In this document: positions 23,291 to 36,593 of the stretch, piece by piece | Layout of the letters: each line of letters opens with the position of its first letter | Position numbering within the stretch: the first letter of the stretch is position 1 | NCBI GenBank assembly: GCA_051294375.1 | Contig: CM119266.1 | Span: forward strand, 4,041,884 to 4,105,883 | DNA from: Paraspadella gotoi | Taxonomy: Eukaryota; Animalia; Chaetognatha | DNA length: 64,000 bases | Direction: 5' to 3' | Program-made: the position numbers and the translations under genes | The notes under the pieces: generated by a model | Told to the model about the DNA's origin: nothing | What the model saw: only the letters and a program-made list of their open reading frames with translations | Database searches by the model: none

Positions 23291-24698
23291 GAAGAAATAA
23301 GCGAAAGAGCATGAACGGATTCGTTAAATAAATATATTAGGGTGTTAATTTCTACATTTTCTTGAATATAGAATGAAGATGCTGGTTTTACAGGGCGCCA
23401 CACCCGCAGAGGTATCACCTTGTGGTAACAGGAAGACAACCTTGGATCCTGCGCCAGACCCGTGCCTCCCGGCGAGTTACTCAGTCCATCCAAGTTTCTT
23501 CATGACAACCTCAGGGATCGAACAATGCGCGCACATCGGGATATATTTTAGTCCACTGGGTACAGAGGAGTTGTTAACAACTGCTTTAATTTGTCTGTGG
23601 TTATAATATAACCAATAACCATATAACTTAAATGGCCGCCAGGACACCACGGTAACTGATTAATTACTGATATACTTGTTGGAGTTTTTGCAATGGAAGA
23701 GGATTTAATTTTTTAAAGAAAAAAATGCTGAATAAAAGATAGCTTATTTATTAAATGAATGGATAATTTTTATATTGGTTGTACCAATTTCATAAAGAAA
23801 GAACGGAAAATAAAAAAATATATAAGCAAAAAAAGATAAAACCTAATACTATTGTCCATTAATATGAATAGTATTCTACTTTTAATTTTAAAATATTTTT
23901 CCCCCACAAAAAAATATGTTTCCGCCGCTTCGAAAAAATCTTCAATTTTTTATAGAATTTACACTGGGATGAACGCAAAAAAAAATTCCTAATGAAAAAC
24001 AAACATGTGAGGTTTGGAGATGTCCTCAAACCGGATGGAATGACGGAGAAAAAAAAACCGAAAAACTTTGTTTATTTAGTCCTCAAATCTTTCATTCAAC
24101 TATAGATTTCATATTTTTTGTTTATGAAAAAAAAGCATTGTAAAAATATTTAGAATGAATATATCAAGATCAATGACGGTCTGGAAAAAAGTGTTTGTAA
24201 CTTTGTACAATGTACATGTTTTATCCTATCGACTATTAATTTATTATACTTATTGTATGTTCATTCAAGAATTACAAATTCTATATCTTCTTTCTGTCCA
24301 TCGAATGAAGTGATCGAAAAGTAAGGTTGTTTTGATAAGACCCTCTCGCAACTCAATTCGATTTGTCACAAATCAAAACAAAATCGAGGACAAACTAAGA
24401 TGTTTTTTTCCGTCTTGAGAAAAAAAAAGTAAATAGTAGAAGGAAGAAAAGAAATAGACATTTTGTATTACAGCAAAAAAAAATTTTTTTGCATTTTTAC
24501 AACAGCTACAACGACACAAAATCGCTCTTTTTTTTTAACCACAAACGTTGGAAATTTCCTTATTTTTCTCTGGAACCCGGGGGATTAAGATTCGTGAAAT
24601 AGTTTCTCTCTCTCTTTTTCTCTCCACGCGTCAACCCGCCCCGAAACCATCGTTTCAAGTAAGTTAGCCTCTCTATTTCCTTCCCGCCCCCCCTTTAC

Positions 24699-24711
24699 CT
24701 CCCCCTGGCGG
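24699..24711 (-). promoter_or_regulatory. CTCF-like motif at compartment boundary
   Basis: Minus strand CCGCCAGGGGGAG, one mismatch to the core consensus. Confidence 0.4.
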
Positions 24712-25779
24712 AATCAAACGGATCCAGGGGCCGCGCAAATCTCTGCCCCAAACAAAAGATTAACTGACAATCCGAGAAAATCCTTCATTTCATAGTTTGA
24801 TCTTTTGAATTCGAAATGGAATGCTCTTTCAACTTTCGGCGTCGCGCGCGGCCAACCGCGATGTACCGACCTTTTTTCTTTTCTCTTTTTTTCTTTTTTT
24901 CTTTTCTCTTTTTTCCTTTTTTTTTTAAATCGACGGATAAAACGAGCATTTTTGCCATTTTACTTTTAGATATTTTTTTTAAATTTTTTTTATTTTTTAA
25001 CCTTGAAATTGATAAATATTGTCGTGGACACCGAGATTTCTAGGGAAGCAGAATCACAAATTACGACCGGAAGGTGATACTCTCCTATCGAATAAATACC
25101 ATTTTAAATTAGTGTGAATATATTCTAAAGTAGAAATGTATGTATTATACATTATACATAATCCAAAAAAGATTTTAAAAAATTTGTACTTTGAACTTTA
25201 CGAAATAGCTTGAAAAACTAGACTTGAAAAAAAATTCTTTATTTAAATGAATGGATAAAACAGTTAAACCATGATATTTAATGAGGTGATTTATGGTTTT
25301 AAACTTAACGTTGTGTTTAAAAACAATGCGCTCATAACCTGCTATCAATGCAGCCTCTGGTCTTTTTTTTTTCATGTTTGAACATCGATTAAAACCGGAT
25401 ACAATTTTTTTTCCCCTCTGCTCCGAATCCCGCCCATCCGTTCCCACGCAAAAGACCGGAGCAGGAGTGGTCATCTTCGTTCTTTGCCCGATTGTCCGTC
25501 CCACCGGGCCGATGCTACGCGAATCGGGCAGCGAGGAGCGGAGTAGGTCCGCCTACCCTTCGTTCATCGACCGGCCTCGCCCTCATTTGCGTTCGTTGCC
25601 GGGGAGCCTCGCTTCGGAGTCGGTTGCTAGGGGCGACGACGACAAACAACGAGATTGAGATTCTCATAGAACGGCGACGGATGTCGTCGCAGATGCGCGG
25701 CGATCGTCGTAGACGCGTCGTGGGTCATTCGTCGTTCGTCATAGATGCGTTTGTTTTGTCCGCGCGTGGAGAGTAAACT

Positions 25780-25910
25780 GTTCACTCAACAGTTCACTGA
25801 ACAGTTCACTGAACAGTTCACTGAACAGTTCACTGAACAGTTCACTGAACAGTTCACTGAACAGTTCACTCAAGGGTTCACTCAACAGTTCACTCAACAG
25901 TTCACTGAAC
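25780..25910. repeat. 12-bp tandem repeat (GTTCACTSAACA) x11
   Basis: Eleven head-to-tail units with no spacers. Confidence 0.95.
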
Positions 25911-26234
25911 GCTAATGATTACTGAAAGCCTTGTGAAAGTGGCAGAACATAATTCTGAAAATGAATCCTGAACAACATATTGGCCATAGAAATTTTTGTT
26001 AAATCAATTAAAAGTTTCTTCATTCGCCTATTTGGCCTTCTTCTGCCGTTATAAAATGAGCAAAATTAATAATTATTATATTTCAATGATTTATTCAAAT
26101 TTGAAAAAAAAGCATTGAAAATTTTTTTCTAAACTTTTACCATGATAAGTATAGCTCCGAGTCGAGTCGAGTCGAGTCAGAGTCGATATTAACCGTTTGT
26201 ATTACCCGTTAAATTTCTGATAACGAAAAACATG

Positions 26235-26285
<51 letters not shown>

Positions 26286-27487
26286 TCCCTATATTTCTCT
26301 CTCTCTCTCTCTCTTTCTCTCTATTCTATCTCACAGGTGTGAACTTCGTGAATCGGGTTTCGAGTCACGTGACAAATTCGATTAATCACGTGACCACGAG
26401 AAAAAAAAAAGAAAGGAACAATGAACATAGAGGGGGTTGAGCCGATTCCGATGTGAGCCGGAAACCGGCAAGCCTGACTTTTCTTCTTTTTATTTCTTTT
26501 CTGTATCTTTGTTCGATGTCCTTTTGTTCGATATCGTTTTGTCTGATCGAATCCCGAGCGCTCGATCTTTAAATCCCGAGCGCTCGATCGATCGGGAATT
26601 TTACGCCCGATTTGACTTTTCGCCTCATTAGATTCGGTGAAACTAATGAGGTCCGTGGTCACATTTCGATTCATTATGATCACGAATTATTTAAGGGTAT
26701 CTAATTTCTTTATTGGAACAAACGAGACGATTTCTTGTGTAAACGTTACCGATATAAACTTAGGTTAGTCATCGGCGTAGTACTAACTTTCTCGCTTTCT
26801 GACATTTATTCCCCTTTAAATTTTGCCGCGTCAATCTTGAAAAACATTAACCTGAAACAGTGAAACACAAGCACAAGCACAAGCAAAACAAGCACTACGG
26901 CGATGATGGCTCTGGAAGAATAAATCTTTTACGTCTTAGTCAAGATGAGGTATTCCCTCACGAAAACGATTCTCTACTTCAGACCGTCGACTTTCGCCAA
27001 ATACGTGGTTTTTAGTCGGATTCCGACTCTATAATTCACTTTGTCGGACCGTCGGTCCGCCCCCTCAATCTTGTCGGGCATTCACTTATATCATGTCAGA
27101 ACATCGAATTATGATAAATTATGCAAAAAAAAAAAACAAAAACACAAAAACAAAAAAACAAACAAAAAAAAAACAACAAACGATGTCCGATGTCTGGATT
27201 GGAATGAAATTTTGTGATAAAAAGTTTCGATGGAATCGTGAGTTTAAATGGAAAAAAAACATAAGTCATATTTACTTGAATCTTTTTACTAATCTTAACC
27301 CATAATTACTCTAATTATTCATAATTGGATGGAGATAATGAGATGATATTTTGATTGTGGGTAGGAAAGTGTGGGATTGAGCAGAAAATGAAGTTTTGAT
27401 GGAATCGAAGAGAAGAAATGAGTTTGCATGAAAAAAGCGATAGTCAAGTTGACTTTAATTTTTATTATTTATGCTTACTCATAAATT

Positions 27488-27602
27488 GAAAAAAAATGAT
27501 GCAATTTTAAAAAATTATGCAAGTTAAAAAAATGATGCAAGTTGACAACAATGATACAAATGAAAAAATGATGCCATTTGAAAAATTTATGCAAGTTGAA
27601 AA
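27488..27602. repeat. Degenerate ~18-bp tandem repeat (AAAAATKATGCAAKTT) x6
   Basis: Repeated TGATGCAA/TTATGCAA cores. Confidence 0.7.
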
Positions 27603-28125
27603 AATTTAATCCCTTGCAAGCGATTTACATGTATTGGTGCAGCCATTGGTTTGGTATGGTAAGATCAGTTAGGATCACAAATTGAATAAATTATCGTCAT
27701 TTATCATTTGATTAGCTGATTGCCGCTTAATTATCGTAGGCAGATCCGACATTGTTTGCTCAAACTTTTTTTTAAATCTACATATTGTACACATCATATA
27801 ATAGATTTTGATTAAAAGAAATGTTATTGTGCCACAATAAAAATGGTATTTTGTTTTTTCTATTTTTGAAAAATCCTCTCATTCAAAATAATAGGTACTA
27901 GTTGTAAATGCAAATGAACCATAATTGATTTTTTTATTTCTACAAGGGTGATGATTTTTTACAGAAATTTATAGAGAAATTTTACTATTATATTTCTTAA
28001 AATTTTTCAGCGATTAATCTAAAACAAGTTCATGAAGATAATCCAAAATTTGGTACAGTCTAATACCACCCTGACACTCGGTGGGAGAAGTTATGTCCTA
28101 ATTCGTTAGCGGCGCAAGGTTGAGC

Positions 28126-28172
<47 letters not shown>

Positions 28173-28865
28173 GTAACGGGCAGATTACTGTCCTCCAAAC
28201 CAGTTGGACCACGACCATTTCGTGTTAGAATATCAGTTGATCGGATAGTTATCGTTACATAATTGCCGCGATAAAATTTGCAAATAATTTGGTAGAGTCG
28301 TAACTGTGAGTGTGTGTATGTCTCTCTCTCTCTCTCTCTCTTTGCTCTCACTCTTTCTCTCTTTTGATCGACGCGGCAAGGCATCACTCAAGGAAGTTTT
28401 TAGGTCAGTCAGTCAATCCATTTAATCTCAGTGATATTATGATTTGAAAAAAAAATTAAATAGTTTATTTTAATTTTAATTAAAAGGACTAGTTTTTTAA
28501 ATAGAAAAACAAAATGATATTAGTTGAAAAAAACATCCACAGATTGAAAAAATTCTAGGATGTTAAAAACAATGGTTATTAAAAAAGAGTTAAACATTAA
28601 TAACTAATAATTAATAAAAATATAAAAAAAAACATTATCATTAAAAACGAAACGAAAATCAATTTAACATCAAGTCATATTTGCAATAATTAATATTCTT
28701 TTAAAAATCTTTAAAATATCTATAAAAACATCTATAAGCTATTAGTTTAAAAACTAATCATATTTCAAGAAAATTATTTGAGTGTTAATCGTGATGAATG
28801 CACGCCGCATGTTTGTCACTTGTTTTCTTTTTTTTTTTTTCAAGAGTCTTTGCCGTTTGTGGACA

Positions 28866-28903
<38 letters not shown>

Positions 28904-30005
28904 TTTGACGTTTATCACGATATAAATTTCATACTTAGAATGATTTATCTTCCTTTCGTCCCTCCTAAATCCCACAAATCGTCTGAGGCAAAACGCGGTA
29001 GGTGAATAAACCGAAAGTCTCTCTCTCACTATCTCACTCTCACTGTCTCACTCTCTCTCTCACTCACTCCCCATCAGTTCGATACGAGTTGAAACATCTC
29101 GATTTTCGACGAGAGGGTTGGGGTGGTGAAGGGGGAGAGGNNNNNNNNNNNNNNNNNNNNNNNNNATTGGTATGGTTTAGGAGAGGTGGTCTGGTGATGT
29201 TAAGGCGGGTGAGGGTTGGGGTGGTGAAGGGGCAGAGAGAGAAAAGGGTCTGGAAGAGTAGACGGCTTGGTGGTCAAGACTAGAGAAGCTATAGTTGATC
29301 TAAAGGGGATTTCAAATAATATACTATATATACTTACGTAAGCTATACTAGAATAATACTAGGAATAACTTTGAACAATTGTGGTCAGATGAATGAATGT
29401 GAATGAATTGAATGAATCAATTCATCGAAAGACGAGTTCGTGTAATTTGCAATTTTATTATAAGGAGAGAACGAGAAGATTTTTTAAAAGTTGCCTGCGC
29501 GAGACATTTAATCCACTATAACAAAAGATTCTTCTTCTCTCTCTTCTCTCTCTCTCTCTCTTCTCTCTCTCTCTTCTCCTCTCTCTCTCTCTCTCTCGCT
29601 CTCTCTTTTATAAGTTCAAATTTTCTCGTAATGTGGATGAGAAAATTTAAAAAAATATGTGAAGGATTTAAGAATTTTACCCTACCATATCAACTTACGC
29701 TGTGGTAAATTTTTAAAGCCATGTACTGAATGATGTAAAGCAGGTGCCAAATTCATGAAGAAAATTGGCACCTGTTGAAGCAAATTGCGCAATCTCTATT
29801 ACGCTAGTTTCGGCACGCCGCATGATATTTAAAATGTTAACTATTGTTTGAAATGAATTCTTTTGCCAGGAGCTGATCCGTTAATAACGAATTGTTTTTT
29901 TAAATTGTTATTGGTATTCAAGTGTTTAACAAGTTGTTTAACATCATTTCAGTCTTATTTTCATTGGAAGGACAAAGATTACAGAAAAAAATTGTATCTT
30001 ATTCA

Positions 30006-30047
30006 AGGTTCGAGGTTCAGGGTTCAAGGTTCAAGGTTCAGGGTTCA
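30006..30047 (+). repeat. 7-bp tandem repeat (RGGTTCA) x6
   Basis: aggttcg aggttca gggttca aggttca aggttca gggttca. Confidence 0.9.
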
Positions 30048-30176
30048 TATTTCGGAAACAAAAGGCGACGAGACTTGATTCGTCTTTTTCCTGCCACCGA
30101 ACTGAGGAAATTACGAAAACGAGAAAATCTTTATTCGAGATGAAAAATGAGTTTTAATTGATAATAAGAATCTCGA

Positions 30177-30208
<32 letters not shown>

Positions 30209-32317
30209 TCCGTTGTCAACGATGAAGTCGAAGGCTGAAAAATGACAACGAAAGAGAAATGACGGAAGTCGAGTCGCGAAAACAGAATCTTCTAACCTTC
30301 GAGAAAAATTGAAGAAAAAAAAAAGGAAGATGGATTCAAAAATGTTGCGCTGCGTATGAATATTAATATAAATATAAATTAGAGTATCTTTTTAATTTTA
30401 ATAATAAATAGATAAGTTTTGAATAAATTTTACTGATTTTATAAATATTAAAAATTTTGATTGAATTATTTTTTAAAAATATTATTACAAATTAAAAAAA
30501 GATCAGTTTAATAAAAAATATATATATATATACACAAGACCGACCGACCAAAAAGTGACTGATAGTGTTACTCCCTGAGAACTTGCGCAACTTAAAATTA
30601 TCTTGACCTGCACCTGTCGTCAGGCGCTCATCCTCAGACCCTCTTTCAGAGACAGGTGGAGACAAATTTAAGAATTTAAATCCGATCAAATAATTTAAAT
30701 TATGATTTAACTTTCGAAATATTGTCCTCAGACTTGTATGGTACCGGTGGTATAATCTACCATGTACTATTAATTAAAAATTCCGTTTAGCGCCCGCGCA
30801 ATTAAAAACTTAACCACAGCTCGTATATAAATTATATTCTTTCGCTCAATTCATTAAAGAAACCACATAATTTACAGAGTGTAACCTTTAAAACGGCGTG
30901 TCTCGAGGCGAGTGTCTCTCCTTCTCTCTCTCTCTCGCGGTCGGGATTCATTTTGTCGCTTTAATCGGGTTCATCGGTGCGCGCCTTTCCTTTCATCTGT
31001 AAACGATTAATGGTGGAACGANNNNNNNNNNNNNNNNNNNNNNNNNCGAGAAGAGGAGAGGGAGAGAAGAGACGAGAGTATGAGGCAGGAGAGAGAGAGG
31101 GAGACAGGGAGAGAGAGGGAGAGGAGATGGAGAGAGAGAGTGAGAGGAGGACAGAACGACCACAATGACAGAAAGTCGATTCGCAATTTTTTTCGAGGAC
31201 GAAACAGAAGGAAGCTAGAATACATGACATCATGACATCGATCAGATGGTCCATAGCGAGGGAAACATTTGAAAATTGGATATATGGATGGCGTTCTCTC
31301 TTTCTCTCTACTCTATCTCTTCTATCTCTCTTCTCTCTCTCTCTCTCTCTCTCTCTTCTCATCTCTTCTCGGCCACCGCTCGTCTCTCTCTCTACGTGCT
31401 TTCTTGATGCTGTAAGCTGTCTATAAATCCTATACCGTTTTTAAGTTTTTCTCTCCCAATTCAGAATATCATGTTTTGATAGATTTCAAAATATGATTAA
31501 TAGCTAGTTAGTTCATGTACCTCAATAGTTAAGCGTTTCCTAAGTGATTAGTATTAAATTGTATACGAATTAGGTTTTGACTATCCCATCTTTGTACTTA
31601 TGTACGAGAACGCTTCTTTCCGGACCTCTTCATTCGCGAAGCCTTTTTGCTCTTTCTCCTCTCCTCTCTTCTCTTTTCTCTCTCCTCTCTCTCTTCTTTC
31701 TTCTCTCTTCTCTCTCGTCGTGTCGTCGATTCAAATCGCGTTATTACGGTGGCCCCCCGGCGGCGGATCGGGGCGGCCGGCGGCGTTTAGGCGGGCACCG
31801 GATCGAGCGGCGGAGCGGCGAGAGTTAAATTCAGAGGCAAATGGGAAGAATCGATTATGTTTCGGCTTTCGTCGCCGCCTGTGGGCAAAGGGCAAGTGTC
31901 GGCAGGGCAAAGGACAAAGGATAAATTAAAATGACAGACATTTTGGAGAATTTTAATTTTTTGATTAACGAAATGATGTCTAGTGATTTTTTTTTATTGT
32001 GATTAAGATTTGATTAGGTTTTAAATATTTTTTGGGGAAGTAATAGTTGGATGTATCGCTTTTTATTATATGCCTTTCCCAACGGGAAACTTATCTGTTA
32101 TTAATGTTCGCAGAGGAACGTTTATGTATAAAGGAACATCTTTCCAAATTCCCTAAAGATGTTGTAATGTCTGGTTGGCCGCGCGTTGTATTTGCGTTTG
32201 GTTTTGAATCTTGCAAGGACGTTATTAATTATCCGTTTCGATTGATTTGAGTTGATGATTATTGTGATTTATGAGTTTATTCTACTTTTTCGTGCATTTT
32301 CTTTTTGATGACTATAT

Positions 32318-32953
32318 ATAGCAAGGAGGGTAGCCTGTTGTACCGGTGCGCGGGTATCTCACAACTGAGGTAGGCTGCCGACCCTGTACTGCTCCTTGTC
32401 TGGTGTTTCCTGCACGTACATTGTAAGCCCAGACGGGTTACCAGGATTGAAACCGGAGACGGAACTGGAATGAGATGAGTTTCGCTTCCATTGGACGTGG
32501 CTGAGGACGACAGGCGCTGAGGCAGCTTTAAGTTTGTGCCGTCCCGACTTCTCCAGGGCCTCAATCCTGAGGAGATGTCTGGAGAAGGTTTGGAGATCTC
32601 ATTGCATGGGTGATCGCGAGAGCGAGCGAGTCATGGAGTTTACGAAAGTTAGGGCATAGGCGTGTATATACCCTAAACGCGACGTTAAGCGTGGAGCCGG
32701 TGCGCAGCTGTTGCGTGTTCGAGGTAGGCTCCACTATTATGGCCACGGCGAGGATAGTGATGATCCCTGCGCGCGGTGGTTCAATGGCTAGGGTGCGGCC
32801 TCAGTGCTGCCTCCCTGTCACTGGCTTTGATACCGGGCGTCACTTTAGCCAGGGGATACCAGGGATTAACCGGACGCGACGGATGAATGGATGATTAGCT
32901 GCTAGCCATTGACGAGTGATGCGACAGCGTGGGCGCTTTAGTCTTCTTGCACA
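32318..32953 (-). mobile_element. TRIM-like miniature LTR element (noisy copy A, same locus duplicated)
   Basis: Repeats at ~32318-32541 and ~32738-32953 match copy B with many indels. Confidence 0.55.
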
Positions 32954-34476
32954 ATTTAGGTTATCTCCTTTCTTCGCCCCCCTTTGATGGCTTATAAAAT
33001 TTTTGGATTTCTTATTTTAAAGCGCATTTTCTTTTTATTCTGATTTATGTTATTATATATTTTTATTTTTAATGTATTTTATTTTATTTAGGAGTGGGGG
33101 GGTTAAGCAACGTAGAGTGTCCAATGTATATATTTTTATTTTCGGTTATCAGTTATGAATATAAAATTTTTGAGTCTTCGCCATTTTTCTTCTCTTTATC
33201 ACGTTATCCAAAATTTTTTCAACCGCTCTTCTTTTTATTTTGTGGCCGATAATATTACTAATTATGCAATAAATAGTTTTTTGCTTTCTTATAAGACTAT
33301 GATTATTGATTGTGTATTGTACTATATTTTTATTTTCTTGTTTTCTCTTTTCGTCATTTGTTTCCCTTTATAGGTCAATTTGTTTTGTTCATTTATTTTT
33401 TGAAATTTTCGTTTTTTCTTTTTTTTCTTTGTTATTTTCTCTTTTTTTCTCCTTCCTTATTTTGTTTTTTTTTTTCTGTGCTCTTTTTTTATCCCCATTT
33501 TCCATCAAAAATCTGGGATCAACTTTTTTTGACGCTCTTGTCTTCGGGCGGGATTTCGATCTCTCTCTGGGCGCAGAGTTAAGACGCGTTTCCTAAAAAG
33601 TATTAGTATTAAAATTGATACGAAATTAGGTTTGACTCACATCTTTGTACTTTATACAGAACGCTTCTTTCGGNNNNNNNNNNNNNNNNNNNNNNNNNNN
33701 NNNNNNNNNNNNNNNNNNNNNNNNNNNNNNNNNNNNNNNNNNNNNNNNNNNNNNNNNNNNNNNNNNNNNNNNNNNNNNNNNNNNNNNNNNNNNNNNNNNN
33801 NNNNNNNNNNNNNNNNNNNNNNNNNNNNNNNNNNNNNNNNNNNNNNNNNNNNNNNNNNNNNNNNNNNNNNNNNNNNNNNNNNNNNNNCGGCGGGCGGCCG
33901 AGAGTTAATTCGAGGACAATGGGAAGAATCGATTAATGATTTCGGCTTCGTCGCCGCCTGTCGGGCAAAAGGGCAACGCCTGTCGGGCAAAAGGGCAAAG
34001 GGACAAAAGGACAAAATTAAAATGACAAAGAAACATTTTTGAGAATTTTAAATTTTTGGATTTAACGAGAAATGAAGTCTAGTGATTTTTTTGTTATTGT
34101 GATTAGATTTGATTAGGTTTTAACATATTTTTTGTTAGAAGTAATAGTTTGTATCGATTTTAATTATATGCCTAATTCAAACAGGGAAACAATTATCCGT
34201 GTTATAATTTCAAACGAGGAAACGTTTATGTTTAAAGGCAAACATCACTTTCAAAATTTCACCCTAAGAAATAGTTGTAACTTGAACATCTGTGTTGCGG
34301 ACCGCGCGAATTCCGCGTATTGGGCTTTGGCTTTTTAGGAATCTTGCAGAAAGGGAACGGGTATTAATATCCAGTTTTCGGTTGATTGGATTTGAATTGA
34401 TTGAAAAATTTTGATTAGATTTATTGATTTTAGTTGATTTATTATATTTATTCGTGCTTTTCTTTTCTGATGATTG

Positions 34477-35271
34477 TATCGGCAACGAGAGGATGCCGTG
34501 TGATACCCGGGGGCGCGGGGCTATCTCACCAACTGGCGTGAGGGTGCGGGACCCTCAGATGACTGCCTCCTGTCACTGGCGATGTTTATACCGGCACCGT
34601 TTCACCAGTTAAGCCAGAAACCGGGATACCCAGGCATTGAACACGGGACGCACGGATTGGATGAGATGATTTAGCACTGGCTCAGCATCTGAGACGACGG
34701 CTGAGGACGATGACAGCAGTGGAGGCAGCTTTAAGTCTTGCTGCCACGGATCCCCCCACCAGACTATCTCCACAGGGCCTCAATTCCTGAAGGAGATGTC
34801 ATGAGTGAGAGGTTTCTGATCCATTATGCCATAGTGTGAGCACGAGCGAGCGAGTTCGGTAGCCTGTTACCAGAGAAAGTAGGGATAGGCGTGCATAGCA
34901 TACCCTTAAGCGACGTTAAGCGCTGGGCGCAAACGCGTGCGCAGCCGGATTGCGTGTTCGCAGAGTAGGGCCTCACCACGATATGGCACCGGAGAAGGAT
35001 AGCCTGTTTTAGATACCCGTGGCGCGCGGAGGGGTATCTCATCCAAACTGGCGTAAGGGCTGCAGGGCGACCTCCGAGTGACTGCCTCCTGTCACCTGGC
35101 ATGTTTATACCGGCACCGTCACATTTAACGCCATTAACCGGGATACCCCAGGGATTGAAAACCCGGGTACGCCACGGATGGACTGAGATGACTTTAGCCT
35201 GCCCCTCAGCCATTGAGACGAGTCTGAGGACCGGACAGCAGTGAGGCAGCTTTAAGTCTTTGGCTGCCACA
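34477..35271 (-). mobile_element. TRIM-like miniature LTR element (noisy copy B)
   Basis: Direct repeats 34477-34747 and 34982-35271 flank a ~235-bp non-coding core. Minus-strand ends are TGTGGCA...TGCCA. A PBS-like TGG lies at 34976-34978 and a PPT-like GGTGGGGGG at 34752-34760. Confidence 0.6.
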
Positions 35272-36562
35272 AATATTACGTTTAATCTCCTCTATCTTCG
35301 GTTTGATGGCTATAATAATTTTTTGGACATTCTCTTTTTAAAAGCTCCATGAATTCTTTTCCTTAATTTCCTGAATTGATTTTAAATTTATAATATACTT
35401 TTTTATTTTTTTAATGTTTTATTAAATTTTTAAATTAAGACGACCAGAGTAGGGGGGGGTTCAAGCAAACGAATAGATTAGTCGAAATTGTATGAATATA
35501 ATTTATTAATTTATCGGTTAATCAGTTAATGATATAAAATTTTTGAGTCATTCGCCATTTTCTTTCTCCTTTTTATCACGTTAATCCAAAAAATTTTTTC
35601 AACGCTCTTCTTTTTATTTAGTTCGAAATTAATAAATTAATACAATTATTACAATAAATAAGCTTTTTTGCTCTTACCTTATAGACAGACTATGATTATC
35701 TGATTGTGTATTTGTTATAATTTCCTTATTTTTCTTGTTTTCTTTTTCGTCACTTTGTTTCCCTTTTAGGTCAATTTGTCTTTGTTCGATTTATCTATTT
35801 TGAATTTTCGGTTTTTATCTTTTTATTTTCTTTGTCTATTTTCTCTTTTTTTTTCTCCTTCCCTTTTCTATTTTGTCTTTTTTTTCTGTCCTCTCTTTTT
35901 CTATCCCCGAATTTCTCCATCAAAAAAAATCCTGGGATCAACTTTTTTTTGACGCTCTGATCTTCCCGGCGGATTTCGCTTCAGGTGCGAATTAATAAAT
36001 TAATCAAACACAATTTAAAAATTAAAACGACTTTAAAACGAAATTTGTTACTTACTTGAATGATTGCCAAAAAGAATATAGTAAAATTTTAGGATTATTT
36101 CTCTAAAAATAAGAAGAAAAGAATCGATCGTTTAATTTTTTTTTTTGGTATAAAATTTGTTTTTATGACTTTTCGAGTTGACGTTTCCTAAAATAGCAGA
36201 AAACTTTTTCAAATTATTCTCACCTGACTCAAATCATTATTACTCAACTCGAAACTATGTCAAATTATATTTCTTTTTTCTTACAAAAAATGTCGTTAAA
36301 TTATNNNNNNNNNNNNNNNNNNNNNNNNNNNNNNNNNNNNNNNNNNNNNNNNNNNNNNNNNNNNNNNNNNNNNNNNNNNNNNNNNNNNNNNNNNNNNNNN
36401 NNNNNNNNNNNNNNNNNNNNNNNNNNNNNNNNNNNNNNNNNNNNNNNNNNNNNNNNNNNNNNNNNNNNNNNNNNNNNNNNNNNNNNNNNNNNNNNNNNNN
36501 NNNNNNNNNNNNNNNNNNNNNNNNNNNNNNNNNNNNNNNNNNNNNNNNNNNNNNNNNNNNNN

Positions 36563-36593
<31 letters not shown>

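Larger units (their letters stand above)
31533..35980. other. Indel-rich tandem duplicate (31533-33585 vs 33586-35980), probable assembly artefact
   Basis: Collinear copies differ by scattered single-base indels and adjoin N gaps. Confidence 0.8.

Noticed and set aside
23340-23640. Possible coding exon beside the hammerhead
   Set aside because: The frames are short or interrupted by stops and show no recognisable domain; it may be a TE fragment.
25780-25910. CRISPR array
   Set aside because: The units are contiguous with no unique spacers, the context is eukaryotic, and no cas genes are present.
35185-35265. Twister- or hammerhead-like motif in the TRIM repeat
   Set aside because: There is partial resemblance (TAAAGCTGCC...GGTCCTCAG; CTGAGGA), but the required partners are missing and the four copies disagree.
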